Assembly: GCA_043824495.1 (NCBI GenBank)
Contig: JBDRSV010000011.1
Location: 1 to 14,336, forward strand
Length of the DNA: 14,336 nucleotides
Direction of reading: 5' to 3'
From: Candidatus Aenigmatarchaeota archaeon
GTDB lineage: Archaea > Aenigmatarchaeota > Aenigmatarchaeia > QMZP01
Below the pieces are notes generated by a model. The model saw nothing but the letters and a program-made list of their open reading frames with translations, was not told the DNA's origin and did not search any database. Positions 1 through 7,284 of this stretch are shown here, piece by piece. The translations under genes were made by a program, and so were the position numbers. Position 1 is the stretch's first letter. Each line of letters starts with the position of its first letter.

Positions 1-60
1 CAGCTTCTTTCTCAACTGGTTTTGCAGCTTCTTTCTCAACTGGTTTTTCAGCTTTCTCAA
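1..60 (-). repeat. 24-bp coding tandem repeat (KPVEKEAA), at least 2 copies plus a partial
   Basis: cagcttctttctcaactggttttg (1-24), cagcttctttctcaactggttttt (25-48), then cagctttctcaa. Confidence 0.85.
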
Positions 61-268
61 AAATAGTGTAACCACATCTTCCACAGTATGCTCTGCTCTT
101 GTGTTCAGCTAGCCAAGTTCCATCACCACATCTTGGACACGCCTTTTTCTTTCTTATAACCTGATTATCTTTTATTTCGTATATCTTCTGAGATTTAACT
201 GTTTCGTGTTTTCTTCCTTTTCTAATTTTCTTGGGTTTTTTAACAACTTTTTTGGTTTTCTTTCCCAT
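1..268 (-). CDS. rps27ae: 30S ribosomal protein S27ae (eS31), 3' end runs off the window; has a basic N-terminal extension and a repetitive C-terminal tail
   Basis: Not in the ORF track. Manual translation from ATG at 268: [89 protein letters not shown]... CPRCG-x(4)-LAEH-x(5)-CGRCGYT is the eS31 zinc-finger signature. GAGTGAT RBS lies just upstream. Confidence 0.93.
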   Translation of the reverse strand, partial: MGKKTKKVVKKPKKIRKGRKHETVKSQKIYEIKDNQVIRKKKACPRCGDGTWLAEHKSRAYCGRCGYTIFEKAEKPVEKEAAKPVEKEA

Positions 269-319
269 ACGATCACTCTTATAGGCTTAACATAGTTATT
301 AGTATTAATAAACATATAC

Positions 320-335
320 TATAAAAAGGTTATTT
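320..335 (-). promoter_or_regulatory. BRE/TATA promoter of rps27ae
   Basis: Minus strand AAATAACCTTTTTATA, about 50 nt upstream of the ATG at 268; identical to 4197-4212. Confidence 0.65.
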
Positions 336-346
336 GAGTTGATTTC

Positions 347-1279
347 ATGAAACATAATGCAAAAGTTGTGGCCGCATTGGTGTCATTGTTCTTTATTGCA
401 CAATTGTTCGGTTTATTCGTAGTATCACAAGAGATAAATGTGTCTGTGACTCCAACAGGCGAGTATAACGTGACCTATGATGAGACTGCGATAGGACCAA
501 GACCAGAAGTCTCTGGATTCGAGTCCTTCCTGCTCGTAGCAGTCTCTATTTTGATAGGAACCGGCTTGATTCTTCTATTTGTGAAGCTAGGAACAGTGAA
601 GTTGTGGAAAGCTATGTTCTTCTTAGCGGTTTTCATAACCATAACAGTGTCTCTAGGAGTATTCATTTCAACTACAATAGCTATGATAATAGCAGCTGGT
701 CTTGCGCTTCTTAAGGTATTCAAGAGTAACGTCTACGTACACAATTTAACAGAAGTTCTTATGTATGCTGGCATAGCACTCATATTTGTACCTATTTTTA
801 CAATAGAATGGATTATAGCTCTTCTGTTAGTGATCTCTGTGTATGATTTCTACGCAGTATTTAAAAGCAAGCACATGGTATCCATAGCAGAATTCCAGAC
901 ACAGAGTAATGTATTTGCTGGTTTATCTATTCCATACACAATCAAGACAAAAACAGGCAAATTAAAGAAGAAGATCAAGCAAACAAAAACAAAGGCTCAA
1001 ACAGCAGTAAAGGAAAAGGTAGAAGTTGTAGAAGCTATTCTTGGTGGAGGAGATATTGCATTCCCTCTATTATTCGCTGGTGTTGTAATGGAAGGATTGA
1101 TTAGAACAGGTGGTCTATCAAAAGAAATTGCATTTGCAAAAGCTCTCATAATTCCAATCGTTGTAACCATATTCTTGATAGGATTATTCATGTATGGAAA
1201 GAAAGGCAAATACTACCCAGCAATGCCAGTTCTAACAGCGGGTTCTCTACTTGGTTATGCAATTGTATTATTGATCTAA
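347..1279 (+). CDS. Presenilin-family (PSH) GxGD intramembrane aspartyl protease
   Basis: Polytopic membrane protein with YD (ISVYDFYAVF), GxGD (ILGGGDIAFP) and PAL-equivalent PAMP motifs in the expected order. Confidence 0.92.
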   Translation: MKHNAKVVAALVSLFFIAQLFGLFVVSQEINVSVTPTGEYNVTYDETAIGPRPEVSGFESFLLVAVSILIGTGLILLFVKLGTVKLWKAMFFLAVFITITVSLGVFISTTIAMIIAAGLALLKVFKSNVYVHNLTEVLMYAGIALIFVPIFTIEWIIALLLVISVYDFYAVFKSKHMVSIAEFQTQSNVFAGLSIPYTIKTKTGKLKKKIKQTKTKAQTAVKEKVEVVEAILGGGDIAFPLLFAGVVMEGLIRTGGLSKEIAFAKALIIPIVVTIFLIGLFMYGKKGKYYPAMPVLTAGSLLGYAIVLLI

Positions 1280-1429
1280 ATTCTGTGTTTGACCCACAAG
1301 GGGATACACAAACTACGAAAGAAGTTGTTGTAGATCTAGGAGAATAGATTATGAGAAATTGTATTATGGCTAGACTTCCACTTGCTGGAGATCTCTGGAC
1401 TGATGGAGTTAATCATATACCAGAGTGAC

Positions 1430-2008
1430 TCACATATCACTGAAATCTACTTTGACGTCTTCTTTGTCCTTCTCAGTTACTCTAAACATCTTCTCTCTTT
1501 GTAGACTCATCATTTTTCCAACTATCATGTCTGGGAAAGATTCTAGTCTGATGTTGAAGTTGTTTACACTGTCATTGTAGAATTCTCTTCTATCTGCAAG
1601 CTCATTCTCTAAACCGCTTATTCTTTCTTGTAGTTTCAAGAAATTCTCATTTGCTTTCAGATTAGGATAGTTTTCAGCTACTGCGAAGATTGTTTTCAAT
1701 GCACCTGATATCATGTTATCTGCTTCTGCTTTCTCGGCCATTGTATTTGCTTTCAAGACATCAGTTCTTGCTTTTGTTAAGTTGACTAAAACAGTCTTCT
1801 CGTGCTTCATATATCCTTTAACTGAAGCAATGAGTTTAGGCAATTCATCTGATCTTTGCTTAAGTAGAACATTTATGTTTGCCCAAGATTTCTTGATGTT
1901 ATTTCTCAATCTTACAAAACCATTGTAGATTCCAATGAATACAGCGATTATTACTACTAGAAAGAGAACAGCTATTACACCAAGTATTATTTCTAATCCG
2001 AATGCCAT
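1430..2008 (-). CDS. lemA: LemA family protein
   Basis: Single N-terminal TM, then YNGFVRLRN...WANINVLLKQRSDELPKL, AVAENYPNLKANENFLKLQ and RREFYNDSVNNFN, which are typical LemA motifs. Confidence 0.95.
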   Translation of the reverse strand: MAFGLEIILGVIAVLFLVVIIAVFIGIYNGFVRLRNNIKKSWANINVLLKQRSDELPKLIASVKGYMKHEKTVLVNLTKARTDVLKANTMAEKAEADNMISGALKTIFAVAENYPNLKANENFLKLQERISGLENELADRREFYNDSVNNFNIRLESFPDMIVGKMMSLQREKMFRVTEKDKEDVKVDFSDM

Positions 2009-2026
2009 ATGATATTATATTAAGAA

Positions 2027-2713
2027 CTAGAAACTTAAAAGTATCATGGAAACCGAACCAACTATCATCAATCCTCCGATAATCAACCCACTCCATGAAA
2101 TAAGTTTGAAGCCTTTGGTTATTTCACTTTCATGCCCATCTGATATATAATATTTGTTTCCTTTTTCCTGCTGTATCATGATACCATCCTGATTTAATTT
2201 AGCTGTACCTTTTAGGTGAGGATTCTTACCAGCTGTTCCTAGAACATACAAATTATCATTTGGTCTTATTATGAACTCAGAATATTTCTTACTCATATTT
2301 GATGGCATTAGACCACCTCTAGATTTAAAGTTATCACCGCCTAACCATATTGTAGCTCCTTCAGAATCAACAAGAACCTGACCTGTTTCATCTTTCACAA
2401 AAAACGGCTGACGCTTTTCTTCTAGATGAATAGTTTTCCATCTACCACTTTTACCATCTCTTCCGCTACTGTATTCTTCTATTTCATACTTGTAATAAAC
2501 ACAATCCTTATTGGTCATTGGGCTTGTGAAAAGAGGTTTCTTAAACTCCATAACTTTACCATATATTTCAACTAAACCCATAGCCAGAGATCTTATTTTA
2601 GAAGTAGGAATATTCTCTATTAACCGTTTTTGTCTAAATGCTCTTAGACCTACCACAAAGAATATTACTCCAAAAATGAGAATTGGAACAACATTAAACA
2701 TGTCTTCAATCAT
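2027..2713 (-). CDS. GIDE-domain (MUL1/MAPL-like) membrane protein, paralog 1; TM-domain-TM, no RING
   Basis: PTSKIRSLAMGLVEIYG, CVYYKYEIEEY, PFFVKDETGQVLVD, E-x-I-x-PNDNLYVLG. Start placed at ATG 2713 (TAAtATG junction with the upstream paralog) rather than the ORF-track start at 2752. Confidence 0.78.
   Translation of the reverse strand: MIEDMFNVVPILIFGVIFFVVGLRAFRQKRLIENIPTSKIRSLAMGLVEIYGKVMEFKKPLFTSPMTNKDCVYYKYEIEEYSSGRDGKSGRWKTIHLEEKRQPFFVKDETGQVLVDSEGATIWLGGDNFKSRGGLMPSNMSKKYSEFIIRPNDNLYVLGTAGKNPHLKGTAKLNQDGIMIQQEKGNKYYISDGHESEITKGFKLISWSGLIIGGLMIVGSVSMILLSF
2558..2611. repeat. 54-bp near-identical repeat, copy 1 (copy 2 at 3318-3371)
   Basis: accatatatttcaactaaacccatagc(c/t)agagatcttattttagaagtaggaat, 53/54 identical between the two GIDE paralogs. 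Confidence 0.9.
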
Positions 2714-2714
2714 A

Positions 2715-3464
2715 TTACACCCAAACTCCCATAGCCATTGCAGTCCAAACAACTGCTCCTAATATGAAAAGACCACCAAAAATTAAACTAAACCAAGCGG
2801 TGTAAGTTAGGTTCCTTGTTATCTTTTTTTCTGACTGATCTGATATATAGTAAGGATTTCCATTAGCTTTCTGTATCATCACACCTTCTTGATTCATCTT
2901 TGCTGTTGCACTTTCTATATGAGGATTTTTACCAGCAGTTCCCATAATATACACTTTATCTCTTGGCTTGATCACATACTCATAATATCGCATACGCTTG
3001 TTTATTCCAAGAAATCCTTCAAATGACATGTTCTTACTTTTCAAGAATTCTTTTACTCTAAGAGGAGGATCTTTACCCCAGCTAGAATCGAACTCTCCTT
3101 TGTTTTTGAGTTCAATTTCGGCTTTTCTAGAGTCAACTAAAACATGGCCTGTTTCATCTTTCAAAAAAAATGACTGATGTTCTTCTTCTTTAGCAACTGT
3201 CACCCAACTACTAGTCTTCCCACTACTTCTATATTCCTGTATCTTATACCCATAATAAACACATTTTTCACCACTAAAAGGACTTACCAATAGTTTTTTA
3301 TATGCAGGTAGAACCTCACCATATATTTCAACTAAACCCATAGCTAGAGATCTTATTTTAGAAGTAGGAATGTTCTGTATAAGTCTTTTTTTATTAACAG
3401 AACGAATACCGATATAAAAAGCGAATATGCCAACAACTAAAGCGACTATAATATGTTGAACCAT
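2715..3464 (-). CDS. GIDE-domain membrane protein, paralog 2
   Basis: Same motifs (PTSKIRSLAMGLVEIYG, CVYYGYKIQEY, FFLKDETGHVLVD, EYVIKPRDKVYIMG). ATG at 3464; TATAAAAG lies about 25 nt upstream (3489-3496), suggesting a leaderless mRNA. Confidence 0.78.
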   Translation of the reverse strand: MVQHIIVALVVGIFAFYIGIRSVNKKRLIQNIPTSKIRSLAMGLVEIYGEVLPAYKKLLVSPFSGEKCVYYGYKIQEYRSSGKTSSWVTVAKEEEHQSFFLKDETGHVLVDSRKAEIELKNKGEFDSSWGKDPPLRVKEFLKSKNMSFEGFLGINKRMRYYEYVIKPRDKVYIMGTAGKNPHIESATAKMNQEGVMIQKANGNPYYISDQSEKKITRNLTYTAWFSLIFGGLFILGAVVWTAMAMGVWV

Positions 3465-3506
3465 CAATTAATTATTGTCTGAATATACTTTTATACAATA
3501 ACCAAC

Positions 3507-3740
3507 TTACTTCTTTGCCGGAGATAGTCTAGATAGTGCATTCAGTGTTGTTACAGTTAACAATCCAGAATATATAGCAGCCCATGTGAGTGTAAAAGTA
3601 ACTATGTATAATGTTATTCCACCTGACACCATTGACGTGTAAGGCAAAAACATCAAAAATACAACACCCACGATAAGCCATCCAGGCAATCCTAACACGA
3701 ACAACATTTGTGAATCAAATAGAGCTCTTTGCTTTGCCAT
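3507..3740 (-). CDS. Hypothetical 77-aa two-TM membrane protein
   Basis: Two hydrophobic stretches with basic termini. Starts 11 nt after the rps24e stop, with an AGGTAA RBS-like motif in between. Confidence 0.65.
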   Translation of the reverse strand: MAKQRALFDSQMLFVLGLPGWLIVGVVFLMFLPYTSMVSGGITLYIVTFTLTWAAIYSGLLTVTTLNALSRLSPAKK

Positions 3741-3751
3741 TTAACTTACCT

Positions 3752-4171
3752 TTACTTTTTATCTTCTGTTGATTTATCTTCTTGTTTTTCTTCCTTTTTA
3801 ACCTTTCCCTGTTCTTCAGTCTTTGGTTCTTCAGTCTTTGGTGCTTCAGTTTTTGGTGCTTCATTTTTTGCTGCAGGTGCTTCATCTGTCTTTTCGCCCT
3901 TTTTCTTCTTATTCATTTTTGCTAGTTTGTATTCAGGGATTTCTTCTTTCTTTGCATAAACAAGAACTTTAATATTTGTCATGTTCTTTCCAACAGAAGT
4001 TAGTATGCTATCGATTACTATTACATCTTTACTTGCTTTCACAGCTTTTGCCACTTCTTCAAGTATTTCTGATCTGGAAGGTGTTGGTTTTCCAGGATGC
4101 TCTACACTAAGAATATGCTCTTCTCTTTTGAGCAAAGGATTTTTTTTATGTTTTACAATTTCTATTTTCAT
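3752..4171 (-). CDS. rps24e: 30S ribosomal protein S24e with repetitive C-terminal extension
   Basis: KNPLLKREE, HPGKPTPSR and GKNMTNIKVLVY match the eS24 pattern, and it sits downstream of spt4. Confidence 0.93.
   Translation of the reverse strand: MKIEIVKHKKNPLLKREEHILSVEHPGKPTPSRSEILEEVAKAVKASKDVIVIDSILTSVGKNMTNIKVLVYAKKEEIPEYKLAKMNKKKKGEKTDEAPAAKNEAPKTEAPKTEEPKTEEQGKVKKEEKQEDKSTEDKK
3812..3871 (-). repeat. 15-bp coding tandem repeat, 4 degenerate copies (xK[NT]E[AE], mostly PKTEA/PKTEE)
   Basis: ttcttcagtctttgg x2, tgcttcagtttttgg, tgcttcattttttgc. Confidence 0.8.
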
Positions 4172-4196
4172 AATATACCACTTGATATAATCAAAT

Positions 4197-4212
4197 TATA
4201 AAAAGGTTATTT
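4197..4212 (-). promoter_or_regulatory. BRE/TATA promoter of rps24e (probably leaderless transcript)
   Basis: AAATAACCTTTTTATA ends 25 nt upstream of the ATG at 4171; identical to 320-335. Confidence 0.7.
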
Positions 4213-4217
4213 AAATG

Positions 4218-4409
4218 TTATCTGGTCCATAGGCAGTACTTGCCCGGTGCATTTATTCCTAATAATTTAGCAACTTCTGAGGAATTTGGATCATTTACGT
4301 ATATGACGCCTTTCCAGCTTCTAGAGAAATTACTCTGATTACATACAGGACATTTAGAAGAATTAACAAATCTTTTACAGTTCCTACAAACCTTTTCCTT
4401 TGTTGTCAT
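4218..4409 (-). CDS. spt4: Transcription elongation factor Spt4 (RpoE'')
   Basis: CRNC...CPVC zinc ribbon, SRSWKGVIYVNDP..SEVAKLLGI..PGKY; immediately after rpo7. Confidence 0.95.
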   Translation of the reverse strand: MTTKEKVCRNCKRFVNSSKCPVCNQSNFSRSWKGVIYVNDPNSSEVAKLLGINAPGKYCLWTR

Positions 4410-4411
4410 AA

Positions 4412-4999
4412 CTACCTCTTTTTCTTACCTCTTCTTTCAGGCTTTTCTGCTATTTTTGGTTTCCTAACTGGAACAATTTTAGGCCATGATAAAACACCAA
4501 GGCTTTGCTGTCTTGTTGTAAGTCCTATCTTGTATTGATTGTTTTCTACTGATATAGAAATTATTCGTGCCATAACAAGGTCATTTTCTTTCATAACTCT
4601 GTTTGTATCACGACCAAAGAATACTGATTTCTTGTCATCATATGATACGAAATCATCCATTATTTGAGAAACATGTATCATTCCGTCAAGAGGTCCCATT
4701 CTTACGAACACACCAAACTCTGTGACATCAATTACGTTTCCTTTCACGATCTCATGTTGTTCTGGTTGATAAACAAGTATAGTGAAGTCAACAGGATAAT
4801 GAATTGAACCGTCTCCAGGAAGTATCTTACCTTCTCCTACTTTCTCTATGGATACTACTGCCAATATGATACCAACCCCTCTTTCAACCAGACCCACCAA
4901 TTTTGCTTCTAGACTGTTTTTAATTGCATCTTCTAGATTCAAATCGAATTTTGCAGGTGAAACTCGGATTTTATCTTCGATCGTTAATATTTTGTACAT
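4412..4999 (-). CDS. rpoE1: DNA-directed RNA polymerase subunit Rpo7 (RpoE')
   Basis: IRVSPAKF, GKILPGDGSIHY, S1 domain with EFGVFVRMGPLDGMIHVSQIMDD, KIGLTTRQ..LG. Confidence 0.96.
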   Translation of the reverse strand: MYKILTIEDKIRVSPAKFDLNLEDAIKNSLEAKLVGLVERGVGIILAVVSIEKVGEGKILPGDGSIHYPVDFTILVYQPEQHEIVKGNVIDVTEFGVFVRMGPLDGMIHVSQIMDDFVSYDDKKSVFFGRDTNRVMKENDLVMARIISISVENNQYKIGLTTRQQSLGVLSWPKIVPVRKPKIAEKPERRGKKKR

Positions 5000-5060
5000 A
5001 TTATACCTGATTAATTAGAAATCTGATTTATATTATTACCGCTTGTGCTTATAAAGACTT

Positions 5061-6023
5061 CTATAGTAGAGCTATACCTAGGAGCTCCTCAATAATAAAT
5101 GTTGTAAATATGTAGGCCACGTAAATACCTAATAATATACCAGCTTCGTACCTGGTTATCTTTCTTTTTGTGCTAAATAAGTACCACAGGAATAGTATAG
5201 AAATCATCAAGAACGGCATCAAGCCAGCTAGTGGAACTATGTTTACTGTTGTTGGTGACAACAAAGATAGTGTACCTAGAACAAGAGTGGAGTTTGTAAT
5301 TGCTGATCCGAAAAGATCTCCCATAGCAAAAGAATATTGTTTTGCTTTTACTGCTCTTATTTCCACTGATAATTCAGGTATTGAAGTGCCCATAGCAACT
5401 AAAGTAACACCTACTAGTGTAGCAGATAATAGGAAATAATCAGCTATCCAAAGAGACGACTCAACAAGGAAATGAGCAGCTGCAATTAAAACTGCCAAGC
5501 TTCCAAGGAATTTCAACCACACATACAAATGTCTCTCTTCATGACCATCATATAATTCTTTACTGACTCTTCCATGTTTATACAATCTAACCATCAAGAA
5601 TCCGAACAAAATAATCAAAATTAATCCATGAACCTGTGTCAAGCTTCCTGTCTGGAAAATGAAAAGCATAAGTATAGAAACTATGAATAAAAGCTCAATC
5701 AAGCTAATTGTTTCCTTCTTCTTCATGTAAACAGTGCCACCGAATATAACAACAAGTCCAGCGACTATTGTTAGATCTATTAGGTTAGATCCAAGAATAT
5801 TTCCTACAGCTAAATTAGGCTCATTTTGAATAACAGAGAAAATAGTTACAAGAAGTTCAGGCAAGGAAGTTACCACAGAAACCAGTAAGAACCCAATAAC
5901 AAATGTAGAGACTCCAAGAATTTTAGAAATTACAAGACCGTATTTAATAACATATCCACTACTTTTAGCCAACAACACTAAAGAAAATGCGAAAGTTAAA
6001 ATGACAAAAATAGGCATCAGCAT
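5061..6023 (-). CDS. Ca2+/Na+ antiporter (CaCA, YrbG-like)
   Basis: Two alpha repeats: VTSLPEL...AVGNILGSN and MGTSIPEL...AMGDLFGSA; about 10 TM segments. Confidence 0.92.
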   Translation of the reverse strand: MLMPIFVILTFAFSLVLLAKSSGYVIKYGLVISKILGVSTFVIGFLLVSVVTSLPELLVTIFSVIQNEPNLAVGNILGSNLIDLTIVAGLVVIFGGTVYMKKKETISLIELLFIVSILMLFIFQTGSLTQVHGLILIILFGFLMVRLYKHGRVSKELYDGHEERHLYVWLKFLGSLAVLIAAAHFLVESSLWIADYFLLSATLVGVTLVAMGTSIPELSVEIRAVKAKQYSFAMGDLFGSAITNSTLVLGTLSLLSPTTVNIVPLAGLMPFLMISILFLWYLFSTKRKITRYEAGILLGIYVAYIFTTFIIEELLGIALL

Positions 6024-6168
6024 GAATTATATTTAGTTTTTCTTCTATTAAGTTTGTGTGATTTTTTGAGCGATATATTGAAACTAGAGAAAATATAATT
6101 ATTTAAATCATGTAACAAGTATTTAATAGTAAGCAGTCAAAACACTCATGCTCCTCACCTTTCAAACA

Positions 6169-6201
6169 AAGTTCAGTTAATCTTAAGATTATTTTGAACT
6201 T
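6169..6201. promoter_or_regulatory. Imperfect 33-bp palindrome, possible operator
   Basis: AAGTTCA-gt-TAATCTTAAGATTA-ttt-TGAACTT; the 14-bp core (6178-6191) is a perfect palindrome. Confidence 0.35.
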
Positions 6202-6444
6202 AACTTCTCAAATGAGAATCAATTGTCTATCTATGTGAGAAGACATAAATTATACTCACAGGGAAAATCGTATGTGTAGGAGTATAGTTGATTAATTCTG
6301 AGCGTATTTTCTTCTTCCAAACAATAGACTTTTAGCTGACTTTTGAATAATTAGTTGTCTTTCAACATAAACCAAGAGGCGAGAGAGAAAGGGAGTGTAA
6401 CTGGGCAATGATTGGGCCAACCAAGATGTGAAAGACGCATTACA

Positions 6445-6558
6445 ATGAAAGAATGTGCCGTTTTGAAAGCGGCAAAACTTGTTGGTGTCTTTCTCGCAGC
6501 CATGGCACTCATCGGGTGCATTGGATGTGGAGAACAGAACAACTTCTGGAAAAACTAG
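6445..6558 (+). CDS. Putative 37-aa small lipoprotein-like ORF
   Basis: Manual translation MKECAVLKAAKLVGVFLAAMALIGCIGCGEQNNFWKN*: basic N-region, hydrophobic core, lipobox-like LIGC. Ends in TAG. Confidence 0.4.
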   Translation: MKECAVLKAAKLVGVFLAAMALIGCIGCGEQNNFWKN

Positions 6559-6602
6559 AACTGGTCCCTAGTCATGGTTCTTGATCATGGCGGGAAGGAG
6601 AT

Positions 6603-7112
6603 ATGAACACTGTAATAATTCAGCTTCTGCTTCTCTTCATATTCATCTGGGTGCCGATTGGTTTACTCATCTGGCACAACAATCGACAACCGGACAGGAT
6701 TGTGACAATAAGCGAGAGAATGCAGAACAGACAGAATCTCATGAACATGATCATCCACGAGATCGCCATAGACAAGTTGTGGGCAGAAGATGAAGCCGAC
6801 AGTGTGAAAGATACGCTAGAACTTCTCATGTATGAGATCATCATGCTCATCATAGGAGCTATCGTCTCCGCTATTCTCTCCTGGATCTTCTGGCGTGAGT
6901 GGATCGTGTTCGGATTCGGCACTGCTATTATCTGGTTCATCTTCAACAACATCATGTTTCAATGGTGTTATAACGACGAGGTGAAGGAATCCAGACAAAA
7001 TTATGTGATTGATAGCGGTTTCCGCCTTGTCGACCTTCCCGGAAAGAAGAGAACAGAACTCCGAGAGCGTGGACTGAGCTATCTTCTCGAGCCTTTCACA
7101 GTGGCCGGATAA
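6603..7112 (+). CDS. Hypothetical membrane protein (3 TM) in a GC-richer islet
   Basis: 169-aa ORF with AAGGAG directly upstream, three hydrophobic segments and C-ending codon bias (ATC/CTC/TTC). No family recognised. Confidence 0.72.
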   Translation: MNTVIIQLLLLFIFIWVPIGLLIWHNNRQPDRIVTISERMQNRQNLMNMIIHEIAIDKLWAEDEADSVKDTLELLMYEIIMLIIGAIVSAILSWIFWREWIVFGFGTAIIWFIFNNIMFQWCYNDEVKESRQNYVIDSGFRLVDLPGKKRTELRERGLSYLLEPFTVAG

Positions 7113-7124
7113 ACCACGTAGTAA

Positions 7125-7156
7125 GTCAGGGTACCACCTACCTGGCTTTGTATTGT
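7125..7156 (+). terminator. Hairpin plus T-rich tail (intrinsic terminator-like)
   Basis: GTCAGG(G)TA-ccacc-TACCTGGC followed by tttgtattgt, 12 nt after the stop of 6603..7112. Confidence 0.5.
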
Positions 7157-7284
7157 CTATTTAAAGGGATATATACTTAGGGGCGTTGCACAATAACTCC
7201 ATGTAACACAAAAACCACTATAATTGAATAAAAACTAGTTATATGCTTTTAAATATTTCAATTAAATTTATATGAGATGATTTA

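Noticed and set aside
1280-1429. 150-nt gap between convergent PSH and lemA containing GGAG plus a 25-aa ORF (MRNCIMARLPLAGDLWTDGVNHIPE, 1351-1428)
   Set aside because: Too short, with no recognisable motif; possibly a gene remnant but unsupported.
2714-2752. ORF-track N-terminal extensions of GIDE1 (2752) and PP2C (14309)
   Set aside because: Both overlap upstream coding frames; TAAtATG junctions give better starts at 2713 and 14273.
7166-7196. ttag-GGGCGTTGCACAATAA, reminiscent of an IS5-family terminal inverted repeat with a YTAR target at the islet edge
   Set aside because: No partner inverted repeat or transposase found in the window, and I cannot tie it to a named element.
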